Assembly: GCA_904063045.1 (NCBI GenBank)
Contig: CAJFCJ010000017.1
Location: 957,479-1,021,478 of the forward strand
Source of the DNA: Dimorphilus gyrociliatus
Lineage: Eukaryota; Animalia; Annelida
Direction of reading: 5' to 3'
DNA length: 64,000 nucleotides
Shown: positions 34,629-48,414 of the stretch, in pieces
Layout of the letters: each line of letters starts with the position of its first letter
Position numbering within the stretch: position 1 is the stretch's first letter
Notes under the pieces: model-generated
What the model saw: only the letters and a program-made list of their open reading frames with translations
Told to the model about the DNA's origin: nothing
Databases searched by the model: none
Translations under genes and position numbers: made by a program

Positions 34629-36149
34629 GAGGGCGCGGGTTTTCCTGCGCGCCAGATGGGAATGAATCAGAATTTCTTTACCGGTCGCTGCTCTTTTATT
34701 ATATTTATCTACAAATCGACTCATCAATTGAAAGGTGAAGATATATATATATATATTTGTGTAAAAAAAGGATTATACAGTGATTAAAAAAGAGCATGCA
34801 AGGTGTTTATTACCAAGAGTATGTTAGATATTTTAGTTAATGTTTATTAAAAGTTCTAAGTAAAAATCGATATACAAATAAATTTCTCCCAGGCATTTGT
34901 CCTCTGTATACAGCATGCGAAATTTTATTTAATACAACCTTGATCGTAGGAGTTCTTTGTAAATAAAAATTCAATTTTTTGCGTCAGATGTAAAAAAAAA
35001 ATTATTCTTTTAAATCTAGGCACATACGTCTTGTATATTATTGGTATATACAATTAACATTATATACTATATAGCATGTGATATAAAATATAATATTTTT
35101 AAAAGACTAGTATAGTTTTATTATTTTTGTAATAGTAGAATAAATGAAATATACATTATAATTATTATCTAGAAAAAGAAAGCTATACAAAATAAATAAT
35201 ATATATGTAATATAATACATTATACCGTGTAATAATATATTGTATTATAACTATAAAAAAGGTCTACATTCTTTAATAACCTTTATGAACATTATAGCTA
35301 TAAACTTTTATTCATGATATAGTTTATTTAACCTTGTAAGATTGAATAAATGGGTCAGTTAACCTCCGATAAAGGATTATAATTGCAATAATAGCAAACT
35401 ATTTCTGTGAATAACCTCTGCTTCTAGTACGTTGTGATTAAAGTACTCAAATATAAGAGTCAAACAGCTACCTCTCTTTTCATTTGAATTCAGAGTTATT
35501 GCTGTTATAACTTTTATAAAAGAATAAATGAATATTAAAGAAAATTAAATAAAATTTTATGTTATTGAAGAAAGGTCGACTTGACTTTTTTGAGCATCAA
35601 TTTCAGTAAACACTATGATTCATGTTATGTAAAAGTTTGTACCAAGGCAGAGATATTCAACAAAGAAAGTAGGCCTATACATTTTTTGTTGTTGTTGCAA
35701 GCTAGTCAGTGATACAATAAAGTCATTTCCATATTCTATTTTATAAGTAATGAATGTTGATTAATCTTTCATGATTTGAACTTTTGAACTTTTTTAATAC
35801 CCTTATCCATTTACCTACATCCGCATGTTAGATTTATATGGAAACTGACGAAATATGCGTTCTACGTAATTGTAATTTTTGAAGGCCTATACTGGTACAT
35901 ATATATTTACGTTTATGTTGCATCTAATAATTGGAAGCGTTCCAAGTATGATCGTTGAGTCAAGTCACGTGTAGAATCCTAATAGCGAACGCAGTATATA
36001 AGAGAAATATTTTAACCTTGTGTGACAGTTAGAAACAGGTTACAATACTTGTTAAGCTTCAATGTAATTTTTCAAATTGTTTGAAATTCCTAGTTTACGA
36101 CGTATAACAGCCTTGTAATTGTTTATGCTGTTAGGTGTACAGGTTCTAA

Positions 36150-38703
36150 ATGATGAAAAATAGAAGAAAGATTGATCCTTTCGCTCCTGATATAGAAGAA
36201 TGCGAAGAGACGAAACCCAAACCAGTCATGCCTGAGCCCGTTCAGATGGAAGCTCACATTTATCTGCCTCCATTACCAAGGAAGAGACTTAGTTCTAAAG
36301 AAGAATTTCTTCGAGTTTTGGCAAATGATAATGGTGGATCTATTAATAATGCTGATTTGGAGCCATCGGACAGTAGTTCAGAAAGTGACACTGAGTTAAT
36401 TCGTAGTAGAGGATGTCCACTAGCAGTTTGCGAAACTGAAGATCCTTTTGTACAGCAACTAACCAAGTTAAGATTATGGGATAGTCATCTACCGGATAGG
36501 GTCAGAAAGAAGAACAGTTTAAAATCTTGTCCACATGCACATTCAGCATTAGAAAAAACCCCACCAATTCAACTAAAGAAGCGTCACACTGTCTCTGAGT
36601 ATACTGATACAACTTATGGAGCGGCTGCATCACCAGTTGCATTTGATAATTTTATGAGGAGGAGGTCATCGGAGTGGTCGCCGTTTTCCCTTTCTCGGAG
36701 TTTTGGTCGAAACTCTTTAGATTCTCTATCCGAAGATAAGACTTTAAAAAGACATAGAACAGAAGTGTCCTCAGTGTCAAGCAGTTGTTCAAGTAAGTTA
36801 TTTTTAAGAAATAAAGCGAAAAGCTCTATTAAAAAGAAATCATTTCAACTCAAATTAGGTTCACCAGCTAGAAGAAAGATAAAAAAAAATTTGAGCGATA
36901 GAGATCTTTTTAAAGCGAGTAAAGAATATTCAACAGTTAAAACTTTCTTTGAATCCCAAGATTCCATAGCAGGAACTGATTTAGAAAGAGTAAGTGGATT
37001 GATATTATATTGTTTTTTTTTATTGCTAACATGTCTAACAAATGATCATCAATCAGGAAAATGCTCATTTCTGGATGAGTGAAGTTGTTATAGAAGCAAT
37101 GGAAATGATGAAATATGATACAATTAATTCACCTTCACAACATAGCATTGAAAATATCGATTCAGGTATGAAATAGAAATGCGTATATTCGATATATGGC
37201 TTATTTTATGATGTTTTTTTGTAGAAAAAATTGAGAAAGATTCTTTAAAAGAAAATAGTCAACTTAAAAAGAGTAAAGAGGGAAGAAAGAGGAGGAAAAA
37301 GCGTTCAAATCACTTTAGGGAAGAAGAGGGATGGTTGTTGATTCCTAATGTAAGAGACGATGAGAAAGCCAATGAAAGTTTATCAAACAATGATGAAGAA
37401 ACTTCTATAACATCAGTTTCTCAATCCCTTCCTGAAAATGTTGCAATGAGCATTCTAAAAAAATATTCTGACGATATTTTGCCTTTCGTGTCGAACATAC
37501 ATTTACCAATGACACTAGATGGAGCCAAGTTACGAGGTACTGTCGATTGGGCACCGCCAAGACCTCAACTTATCTATAACTCTTACGAGCCACCAAAAGA
37601 CATCGATCATCAAATAAAGTCACAAAAATGGAGATGTCCAGGATGTGGATCGGACGTAAGTTATAAAACTTCGAAATCAATCAAGATAATTTCTTAATAA
37701 ATATCTAAACTAATCAGATTTTGAGAGGATTCTCATCAAGATTACGTTTCTGCTATTATTTTGGAAAGTACTTTTGTCCTTGTTGCCATGATAATCAACT
37801 GAGTTACATTCCTGCCAAAGTAATCCAGAAATGGGATTTTAATAGATATGCTGTCTCAAATTTTGCCAAAGATGTTATTAACAAGAATTACGATGATGTT
37901 GATACTTGGCCTTTTAATATTCAAGTTTTAAATGCGAATTTATACGAAAAAGTTCAAGCGCTTGACAGGATACGAAGGATAAGAAAAAAATTTATTGCAG
38001 TTTATCCTTACATCGTTACCTGTAATCAAGATAATGGGTAATATATTTGAACAACTTATATTATATTCTTTTCTGTTTTTAATTGTACTTTAGAAATAGT
38101 AGGACGTAACGTTATAGCCTGCAGTTATTTAGGTTTTAGAATTAAGCACTTAAGTTTATCCTCTAACAACTTAATTAGTTGTGACTGTGGTAAAGAGCAG
38201 ATGGCACTCTATATTGAAAAAGTCCATAAAAATACGAACTCTAAGTTGTTTTGTTTTTTCTCCATGTTTAGTTTGAAATACGAAATTCAAAAATGGCCGG
38301 AACATTGGTTTAAGGATGAGCACGAATATACCTTAAATGATTTGTCTCAAGTGCGGAAAAAACAGCTGATTATTGCTCTAGCAAGAGTCACTGACCTGTG
38401 CATAAAACATGTAGACGACTGTGAGCTTTGTAAAGCTAAAGGTTTTTTTTGCGAATTATGCAATAATGATGAAATCATCTTTCCTTTTCATCTAAGTAAC
38501 ATATCAGCATGTAATAGTAAGTTATCAATAAACACGAAGACGTATTATTGTTAATATGCCATATTTTTCCTTCAACAGCTTGTAAAACTGTATATCATAA
38601 TGATTGTTTTCATAAGGGAATCTCATGCCCAAAATGCGAAAGAATAAACTTAAGGAAGAAGAAAAATATGAATGAAAAAACAACAGAAGGAACAGAAGAA
38701 TGA
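36150..38703 (+). CDS. RUBCN: Rubicon/RUBCNL (Pacer)-like autophagy regulator with C-terminal RH domain
   Basis: ENAHFWMSEVVIEAM, DWAPPRPQLIY..QKWRCPGCG, RFCYYFGKYFCPCCH, YIPAKVIQKWDF, HVDDCELCKAKGFFCELC, CKTVYHNDCF..CPKCER; stop 38701-38703. Confidence 0.88.
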
Positions 38704-40395
38704 CGAAATAAGGATAAAGTTTATCTAAATTCAGTATTTTGTTGAAATCTCAATTTTTTTACATGACTGAAAAGAAATCGAATTTTTGTTTTATTTATTC
38801 TATTTATGCTGTTTTTATCTTTATTTATTGAGAAAAATTGTAATTTACAGCTTTTTTGTTGTTGACTGTTTTAAATAAACACTTTAAAGAGAAAATGGGA
38901 AAAACTGTCTTTAAAATTACTATCAAAAGAAAGTTTTGTCCAATCTTCCATAGTGAACTAAAGAATATAAACAATGTTTTCAAGCTGTGCGTGAACCACT
39001 GCGCATGTTTATTCTTTTATTTTTATACTAATCAATGTATATTTTTAATATATCGAATATTTTATACATATTTACAATCAAGGGTTTGTTATCTGAACAC
39101 GCTGCTCTAAGTTTATCTTTTTAAATTTTCTCTGATAGCAATTCTTCATCTTATTCAGCAGTTCTAAATACGAAATTATTTATCATTATTACGTTTTATA
39201 TTCCTATAGTGTGTTTATATTAATAAAATTATCTATATTGGAAATATTTCTGTTACGAAGTTAGTATTTAGAATTATTTTGCCAACTATCTGATACAAAT
39301 CAGATATACGTACATAATACATATTTTATAAAATATATTGAAATAGGATTTTTCTCCGAAGCTTCCTACAATAAAAAATTTAAAGTTTTTCATGTGAAAG
39401 AACAGTGATTAGATAAAAATAAAATAAAACATAAGTTTGAAATAGTAAATTAAGCATTTATTGAATGTAAATTACAAAGTAAAATATAGCAGAATGTGAT
39501 AAAGTGAAAGTTTTGTCTTGATGAGAGATATCCAATATACTACAATTAAACCTTAAAAATCTATCAAAATATGCTACTAGATTGTTTGTAATCATGTATT
39601 TTTCTCTAACCCTTGAATAGGACGTAACTCCTTATTCTGTAAATATAAAGAATTTGTCTAAGAGAGGTTAGATTGAGGTCAAATCTTTTAATGGTTCTTG
39701 AAAAAACAACTTGATATTTTTTGCCGTTTACGCAAATTTTGTTTTTATTAATGTTAAAGCACATATATGTATATATATTTCTGTAGTAGGACCACTCTTT
39801 AAATTGATAACTGACTATTAATGATATTTTGCAAAGAAGAGAACAAAGAAAGAAAATGACAAAAATGGGAAGTAGATAGAATTTGGACATCTAAAAAAAA
39901 CTCGTGATGGGTCATTTCACACATGTTCTGATAAAATTTTTCGATAAAAAGTTTTGCAACTGTTTAAAACGTATTTATAATAGTAAACTTCACGTTGAGA
40001 GCTGTTTACTAAATAATTTTCATGTTTACCTTTTCAAAGGAAATTCAAGCTCGATTAGATGGAAAAAGGAAGTTTTTAGTAATAACATAAACTAAAATAA
40101 GATAAGGATAATATTCAAGAAGATTTGCAAACTTAGCTACTTGGTCTTATTAAATGTGATTCAATTGTTCATATTACTTTATTATTTATATAATAATTAC
40201 TCTAACTAATTTTTAGGAAAAGATTGTTTTTCATTCTTTAAGGTTTTAAAGACAAAATTTATAATTTTATTTTAGGAGTAGAATTAGGCCTTTGGACTTT
40301 ATATAAGATAAAAACAGCTGTCTTTGAGAAGGAAAAGAGAGGTTCGATTGCAATTTTACGTGGCTATTAGAGAAAAATTTAACAATATACATAAT

Positions 40396-42354
40396 ATGGA
40401 TCCTTCAGAAGAAAACTTTTCCCAAGTTGACAGAGGAGGTTAGTTCGTATTACTTACCAGTATACCAAAAAAAATACATATATTTTGTGAAATAATGCTT
40501 TACGATCACACGGGATAAATAATAAGGTATTTTACTGTTTAGAATATCGTAGAAGTCGTTTATAATGATCATTATGTTCTTCGTATTTTACAACTGATAA
40601 AGCATCTTATAAAATGAAATATATCCACAAAATCTTTATTAACATATTTAAGATGTTTTAAATAATACATAGACATTATTATCCATTATTTCTTGTAGCC
40701 TAGTCATGATGAAATATTTATTTAATTTTAATATTATATCAAGGATAATCTAACGACCCATTTCAAATATTCCCGGTAGGACTTGTACTCAGTATAATTT
40801 TACATATGTATATATTTGACTTCATATCTACTTTAACTCTTTTGATAATGGCTATCGAAAGTGAAATAAAACTTTTAAACAAAATATTATCAATTCTAAA
40901 AGGCCTAGGCAATTTAACTAAGATTAATCAACGATAACCCAGTGAAAGTTAATGATCTGTGAAAGGCTTAAAGCTTTAGTCTCCTGTGAATAGTGGAAGC
41001 ATTCGTTAGAGCTGTAAAAATTAACCCAGAGGTTGACTTACTGAAGAAAAGTTTGAATATTGGGGATTTTCTCTCAGAAAGATAACTCGTTGATTTCTCT
41101 TGCCAATATATAATTATGTTATTTTAGGCATACAACTTCCAATCTCGAAAGTACTAAAAACTTCTTTAACATGATAAAAAATTGACCCTGACTAAATAAA
41201 GAAAACTACCTCTGTTTTTTTCCAGCAGATATGTATCAAGAATCTGGAAACAGTATAACAAGTGATCTGATCGAATATGGAAGTGATTTTGCTGCGGGAT
41301 TAGCAGGAGGTAATTAGATAATTTTTCGATTGTTATGTATATTTCAGGAAAAAAATCACATAATGTCTCTTTTCACGAAGGATGCGCTGGTTTGACTTTT
41401 GGACATCCTTTCGACACCATAAAGGTTCGACAACAGACAATGGGCGACAAATGCGGTACTATATTAAATTGCTTAAAAAGATCATTGGAATTGGAAGGGG
41501 TCTGTAATTTAACATCAATATATAATATTAATTAATGATCATATCTTTGTATTTATCAAATTATAGCCTAAAGGTCTATTCAAAGGAATGGCCTTCCCAC
41601 TCGTGTCAGTTGGCTTTCTAAATAGTATCTTTTTTGGTGTGTACGGAAACGCTCTAAAGTTTATAGATAACGGTGATAAGGAACCTTCATACTCGTCAAT
41701 TTTCATGTCTGGCGCTTTTGCGGGGGCTATACAAGCTGTTCCCGCTTCTACGATAGAGCTAGTCAAAGTTAAACTTCAAGGTCAAATAGGTTAGTACTTT
41801 AACTTAATCAGTTATTATTAATATATGCATTAAAATTTATATTAAATTGCAACAAAATTTTGTTTTATTTCGCAGGCAGAAATGAATTCAAGGGGCCTTT
41901 CGATTGCCTTCGACGCATCTATAAAAATCATGGAATACGTGGATGTTTTCGTGGATTGACACCAACAATTTTGAGGGACATGCCGGGTTTTGGAGTGTAT
42001 ATTGCATCTTATCAAGCTATGTGTGATTTTGCGACGCCAGAGGGTCATCATCAACCATCAGTAAGAGCTATGTTGTTATCTGGCGGATTGGGGGGAGTAT
42101 TTTCGTGGATCGTTAACATCCCAATTGATATAGTGAAGAGTCGCCTCCAGGCTGACAATCTTTCTAATCCTAAGTACAAAAGTTCTTGGGACTGTGTTCA
42201 ACAAAGTTATAGAAATAATGGGTGGAGAGTATTTTGGAGAGGTTTACCTGTTTCTTGCCTCAGGGCTTTCCCTGTCAACTCAGTTACTTTCGTTGTCTAT
42301 TCTCAAACACTAGCTTACATTCAGAGGACAAACGGTCAGCGTCAAACTGTCTGA
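40396..42354 (+). CDS. SLC25A45: Mitochondrial carrier, SLC25A45/47/48-like
   Basis: DFAAGLAGG|CAGLTFGHPFDTIKVRQQT, GLFKGMAFPL, RGLTPTILRDMPGFGVY, PIDIVKSRLQAD, RAFPVNSVTF. Upstream exon MDPSEENFSQVDRG (40396-40438) joins in phase at 41229; the alternative start is ATG 41231. Confidence 0.85.
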
Positions 42355-44889
42355 AAATACTGGGATTCAAAAAGAATTGTAGAATACTGCAAAAAAGATA
42401 AAATACAACTAATCAAGACAATAGACATATATGCGATTGAGAATATATTTCATTGTATTATATTTATTTATGAAAATCTATTCATAAATTACATGTGTAT
42501 GTGCGGATGGAAAACCAAGAGGCCAATATGCAATATGAACTGACTTTGTTGTATTGTCAAAATAAATTTGATATTAATTTTATAATTTCCATATACATAT
42601 ATGTAATGAAATTCTATAAAAAATTTATTCTAACCAAATAGATTGTTACTTAAACGATGGTCTTCCTAGAAGCCTGAATATTAATATAATTTTTAACTTT
42701 GAACTTGAGACCTTATGAAAAATATGAGTTATCGCAAATTAGGCTAAATTATATTAGAAAATATTCGTGACGTATCAATGATAAATATCTAATAAAGCCT
42801 TTTCACTTTATAAGATTATTAGTGAATTATCTTCTGTTTAAGTCTAAGATAGGTTTTTTAGAAACATATATAATTTCTGATTTTATCTAAAAGAGAAAGA
42901 CCAAGCTAGGCTTATATATTATTAATCAGTGATTGGTTGATGATTAATAACTAACTGTTCCTTTTTATTTTTGTAGATTATTATCGGAAACAAGAGAATT
43001 GAAACGAAATTAATTCCCAATCGAAACTTAAAAATGATTTTAAGTTTATGATATGGTATAAATGATTGTATGCTAATGTTATGCAACAAATAAAGCGAGA
43101 AATTTAGGTTGAGGACAGAATCAGTATCCTTGTAAACTTAACACTTGAATACAAGTCTGTTTAACTTAATCGTCCTATACATTAACTTTCTTATTTAGTC
43201 AAATGAAACAATTTGATATGTAACCACTTGATATTATTTTCGTTTCTTAATAATAAACTTTAGAGAAAGTGCAGGACTTTGTATCTCTTATTAATTTTTT
43301 TGTTATTAATCTAGTTTCAAGTTGAGGCAATAATTCTTTGCTTTCTTTGTCTTATATATCGTAGAAATCGTAAAAATAAAACGTATTGCGCACAACCTCA
43401 TTTGATGAATACCAGTCATAGAAACTTTGACGAAATAGAGTGATGCAGAACATTTAGGATTTTTTCTTTTCATCTTTATTAAATTAAACAAAACAGTAGC
43501 TACTTTTAGTACGTGTTTATGTTAATAGATTTAGTTGCATTTTGTTAATTTTGGAATGTCATTTTATTTTTTGAATATTCAAGGTAATGCGGCGTGTAAT
43601 GTAGTACTTTAGATCCTTCTTGTATTTACATTTAACAATTGTTATACTTTTTTCTTGGTGAAACCTCGTAAATGACTGAATCAGGGAGACTTCAGAGATT
43701 GTTTTATATTCTGCATATAATCTCAATGCAAAAACTAAACTTGAAAGTACGTGAAACACAAGTTGATTGTGAAAATTTAAGATGGAGGAGGGAAGAGAAA
43801 AGTATAAAAGTACTCCTGTACTCCTTTTGATATCAAAAGTGTTTTACGTCAAACTATAAATATTTCCACTCCTTCACTGACAGCTACAGGAGGATTTTAG
43901 TTGGTTTTTATTGAGTATTTATAAATAATCTAGTCATTATCCAACTTTCGTTTGCCTTTTTCACATTGAAATAGCGTAAAAAAATCTGTAGAAAAAAGTA
44001 ATATTGTTAACATGTTAAGAAGATGATAAGGCAACCAAAAAACAACGAATGCTGATTGTTTTGTAAGATGTCGTCTCTTTTTTCAAAGTTTTAAATAACT
44101 TATCAAGACAATTCGCCATCTATCGCCTGAGAATAATGATACTTGAATGATATTTAATATTTCTTCCTTTTTGTGACATAATTTTAGATTTAGTAGAAAA
44201 TGTTTCATGATAAGAAGAAATAGCATATTTATATTTCAAGTACTCTATCTAACATTTATATTAGTCTCTGAAGGTGGGAAGGTGTGTGTGCTTGGTACTA
44301 AAATAGACGATAATTTAAAGCAGATAATAGACACCAAAAAGATTCTTAAAATATAAATAATTATTATTCAGGTAAGTATGACATAAGAGACTTACTTACA
44401 TTTAGAACTGACAGAGAGAAATAGAGAGTTATGTACTAAAAATTTCTCTTATACCTCTCCTTAAATTATTCATTAACTCAAGGCCTTCATCTTTAGGTAA
44501 ATCTCTTCTGTCTTACCGAAAATTACGATTCCTCTTTGTCTCTTTCTTCATCTCACTTTATCTGCTTGTTACAGAACGACAAAATTTTTTTACGTTTTTC
44601 CTACTTTGAACTTGAATAAATAATTTAGGTGTTGTTTTAAAGTTCAAAGGTCAAGAAAAGATCATTGATTATTTTGCCCTTATGTTTTACATTTAAAGAC
44701 ACAAGTACTGTGTCTTAACGATTGTTTGATTTTAGCGAATTATGCTTTAAATATTTCTCTTAAAGCTACAACACAGTTCTGTAAAACTCGTTTGATTAGC
44801 TTTATTACAGTTAAAGTTTCTATCAATCATGTACAATTTATTTAATTGTCTTAAGTTTCATTATATAACAACAAAATCATGTAATATCT

Positions 44890-45912
44890 TCAAAAAGACT
44901 GAGATTGAGAATCGTCAAGTCTTCTAGCAGAACAGCATTTCAGTGTTATAATGTTTAAGAGAAATTTACGAAACTTTTCTGTTGATAAAATATAGACGAT
45001 CGGATTCCAAAATGAATTAGAATAGATTAACATATAACTAAATAAACTGAAAGAAGATTTTGATATATTATGAATAAAAAATGGTAAAAATGAGATAAGA
45101 GATGCTAAAAAGAGGGTAATTAAGCATTTAGATACCCGAACATTTCTTGTATAACGTTTCATTTCGCCAGATAATTGATCTTTCGCTAATTTATCAGAAC
45201 CTGATGGATAGCTTCTAGGTACATGATGTATTTGAATTGATACGCTCCTCACAAAACCAACTTTGATCTGAGATCGAGTTTTCATTGTCAAAGTAATTAT
45301 AATTAAACTATATAGAATAGCTTGTATAACTGCGCATAAAATGAGAAAAATAGGCGTTGAATACTGGTAAAAACATGAAGGATTCATACATCCACTATTA
45401 CTTCCCACAACTTTAGCTGTCATTATACCCAGTATTGCAGAAAGAATGATAAATATAAGAAACAGAGATCTAGCTAATTTTGCAAATCTTACAAATCTCA
45501 TCGGATATCGTATGAGAAGAAAACGATCAACTGATAGTAAACACAATAGAGCCCCGGAGATTATGATTGAAAATTGAGAAAATCCAGTAAAAAATAGTAG
45601 AAATGATGGATACTTTATTCCAATACTTTCACCAGTAGACGTATTAGTGATTACGGTTACATCTCCAAAATGTAATATTGGCATCAATGCTATTATTATT
45701 ACACAATTGCTTCCACAAAACACCGAGTATGCAGAGAATAGTAACTTTGAGGTTTTACTACCTACCTCTTTCGTGGCAATAAAAATTCCCATTATTACAT
45801 TAATTAAAAAACCAAAAAATGCTACCGTAGGGAAAACTATAGAAATGGATATTAACTCCGTTTTACCAAAAAATTCTGATACACGTTTAGAAATTACTGT
45901 TGTATTATTCAT
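44890..45912 (-). CDS. Intronless rhodopsin-like (class A) GPCR, orphan
   Basis: 340 aa with seven hydrophobic segments, N-terminal NNT sequon, TM3 LSVDRF, TM6 SFLP and TM7 NSFWNPIVY. Confidence 0.88.
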   Translation of the reverse strand: MNNTTVISKRVSEFFGKTELISISIVFPTVAFFGFLINVIMGIFIATKEVGSKTSKLLFSAYSVFCGSNCVIIIALMPILHFGDVTVITNTSTGESIGIKYPSFLLFFTGFSQFSIIISGALLCLLSVDRFLLIRYPMRFVRFAKLARSLFLIFIILSAILGIMTAKVVGSNSGCMNPSCFYQYSTPIFLILCAVIQAILYSLIIITLTMKTRSQIKVGFVRSVSIQIHHVPRSYPSGSDKLAKDQLSGEMKRYTRNVRVSKCLITLFLASLISFLPFFIHNISKSSFSLFSYMLIYSNSFWNPIVYILSTEKFRKFLLNIITLKCCSARRLDDSQSQSF

Positions 45913-46799
45913 ATTAACCTGCAGTATAATCTCTTTGCCTCTTCAGAAATTCCTTCTGCAGACTAACAGAACATAGAATTTCACTTTTGAGGAGATGGCG
46001 CCACAGCAAAATAGAAACAGAGAATCAGAGGAGAGAGAAAAAAGAAATGAAAGAGAGAGAGGTCTCCTAAACTGTGTTATTCATAGTAACTGAAATAAGG
46101 TGATCCAAATGCTTTAATCCGAGGGTATAGAGTTCGATGTTTGCTAATATTTCAATCATAAAATTGAAGCTAATAAGCATTGCTATTCTCGTTGAAGTTT
46201 CATGTAAGTTTTATACTTTGACCAATTTCTTGAAAATGATATCAGCCGACGAAGCGTAAAATCATCTGGATAGACTCGAACCTTCAAATTGTAAATAAAA
46301 TTTAAAGCGGAAAGTAATTGTACTAGTATATTTAAAAATATTACCTGCTCGCCCAAACTGAATAGGCATTCTCTACTAGAGTACTTTTCAAAGATAAACT
46401 TTGGAATCTTAATAATTTGAGCTCCTTTACTTAGCAAGGAAATTCTACATGGGTATTTATCAAATAGACCTTCTATTCCCTAAAATAGGATTTGCCTTTA
46501 TTAATATTGATTAGAAGAAAAATAGAAGTCTATCTAACAAAAATACTATTGGATTGCAAGGTATCTATTTCTGCCAACGTCACATTCTGCTTTGATCGCT
46601 CTCCCTTTTTAAGATCTTTCAATTTCTGTTTAAAGTGTAAAAATTTTTTTTGGATTATTTTCTTTTTTTTTTAGGAATTCGGTGGAAATGATTTTTGCTT
46701 GGACGACTATATATGAAAAACCATAAAATGTAATTATAGGAATAATAGGTCTTGTAATGATTCTTTCAGGGTTATATAACCTGTTAATTAAAGAATAAT

Positions 46800-48414
46800 C
46801 TACATTTTTACAACAGCTGGACACATTTTATCAATATGCTAAAGTGTGTTGTTAATATATTTGATATTTAGAAATCAAAAGAGTATTTGTAAACCTGTAA
46901 TTTAAAGGCGGTTCCAGTTATCCTTTTCCATGCTCGATGTACACCTTTCTTCTCTTTTCGGTGATCATCTGTTATCGGTCTTTCTATTGTTTAACAAAAA
47001 TAACATAAAGATATATATAAGGGAAAATCAATACGTTTCAAAAACAATAATATACTCTGTAAAGGGTGTGTATCAATATCGTACTTAATCTTTTACTGTA
47101 TGTTTGTAAAATGCTGATTTTAAAAATTTGGATTATTTTAAAACACATTGTGGTTTGTTAAACTTGGCTAAACAAGATGGGAACTAAGTTTTTTAATGAC
47201 ATTAAAATTTAAACTTTCATGCCAAAATGGCTTGAATAGAAAACAAAAGCTTTTTGTTTAGAGTGATAATTTCCCTCATAAAACTATAAGAATTGGGCAT
47301 TGAAATGGCTAAAAATTGGCGTTCATTACTTTAAAGTTAACTTATATATTTATTGCGTTAACTCACAGTCCAGACCTACAAAATACTCCAATATATATAC
47401 TAAAGATATAAAAAAGTTCGAACGTTTCTGAAATCTTCCGTCAAAGGGATCAACCTTTATTTCTGCTGATTGCCATAATTCAATTGGTTTTCTCTTTTCA
47501 TATGCATAATCAATTGAATTTGCATCGTCCATTATCGGTGGCTTGATTTTAAAAATGATAATAAAAACATTAAAGTTAAGAATTTAAAAAATTACAAACT
47601 AAGTTCAATTTGTCAAGTTGATTTATTCCAACGAGAATATTTGAGTGTATTTGTTTTCGAATAAGACCACTATTCCATAGCATATTTCCAGCTGATTCTA
47701 TTAAATGATAACTATTGTCAAATGTACCCGAAATAAAATCTTAAATATCAATTTATTACTAGATCGTCTTTGTTTTGCTATTTCTTTGAGTCTTTGACAT
47801 TCTGCTTCTCCGTGTAATCGCCTGAGACATTTTCTCCTTTGCTTTTCGTCGTCAGTTAGTGAGTTAGGCCAATGAATTTCACTTATTACTTTACAAAACC
47901 CCTAAAATATGGTTTTTCTCTTAAATGATGCTTTGAGAAAGAAGAGCCTAACCTTTTTAACAATGATCACATGTTCATTACTGTTAGTAAGAGCCATAAT
48001 GATTTCGTCATCTCTATAGCAATTGAGCAAAAGAAAATGAATAAATATAGTAACAATAAAATCGTAAATTTTATAAAGGAAAAGGAGAGAAAAAGTAAGA
48101 CACAGAGAAGCATGAATAAACCTATAATAGTGGCATATTATTTCCTTTTTCTCTTCATCAAGAAGATCTTGGAATGGAAAGTCTTGAAATAGTTTAATAT
48201 TCTCTCTTAAGTAATCCAGACATTCTACCAACTCCAATTTTCGGAAAACTTTTTCAATATGACTTAATTTAAAAGCTTTAAAATTCTTCTTATAGTTTGA
48301 ATACATAATTCAGAATTAATATTAGAAGGGAAATGCAAGTTACAAATGACAATTTAAGCTTTAAAATACCTGAAGAATATCCAATTTTGTATAATCAACG
48401 TGATATTTTGCCAT
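46800..48414 (-). CDS. Diverged multi-exon gene resembling cyclic-nucleotide-binding-domain proteins (CNBD1/2-like); model incomplete
   Basis: GT-AG-bounded open exons: ECLDYLRENIKLFQDFPF, DDEIIMALTNSNEHVIIVKK|GFCKVI, PITDDHRKEKKGVHRAWKRIT, final HIDKMCPAVVKM*. One internal join is unresolved. Confidence 0.4.

Noticed and set aside
45647-45976. 109-aa plus-strand ORF
   Set aside because: Antisense to the GPCR.
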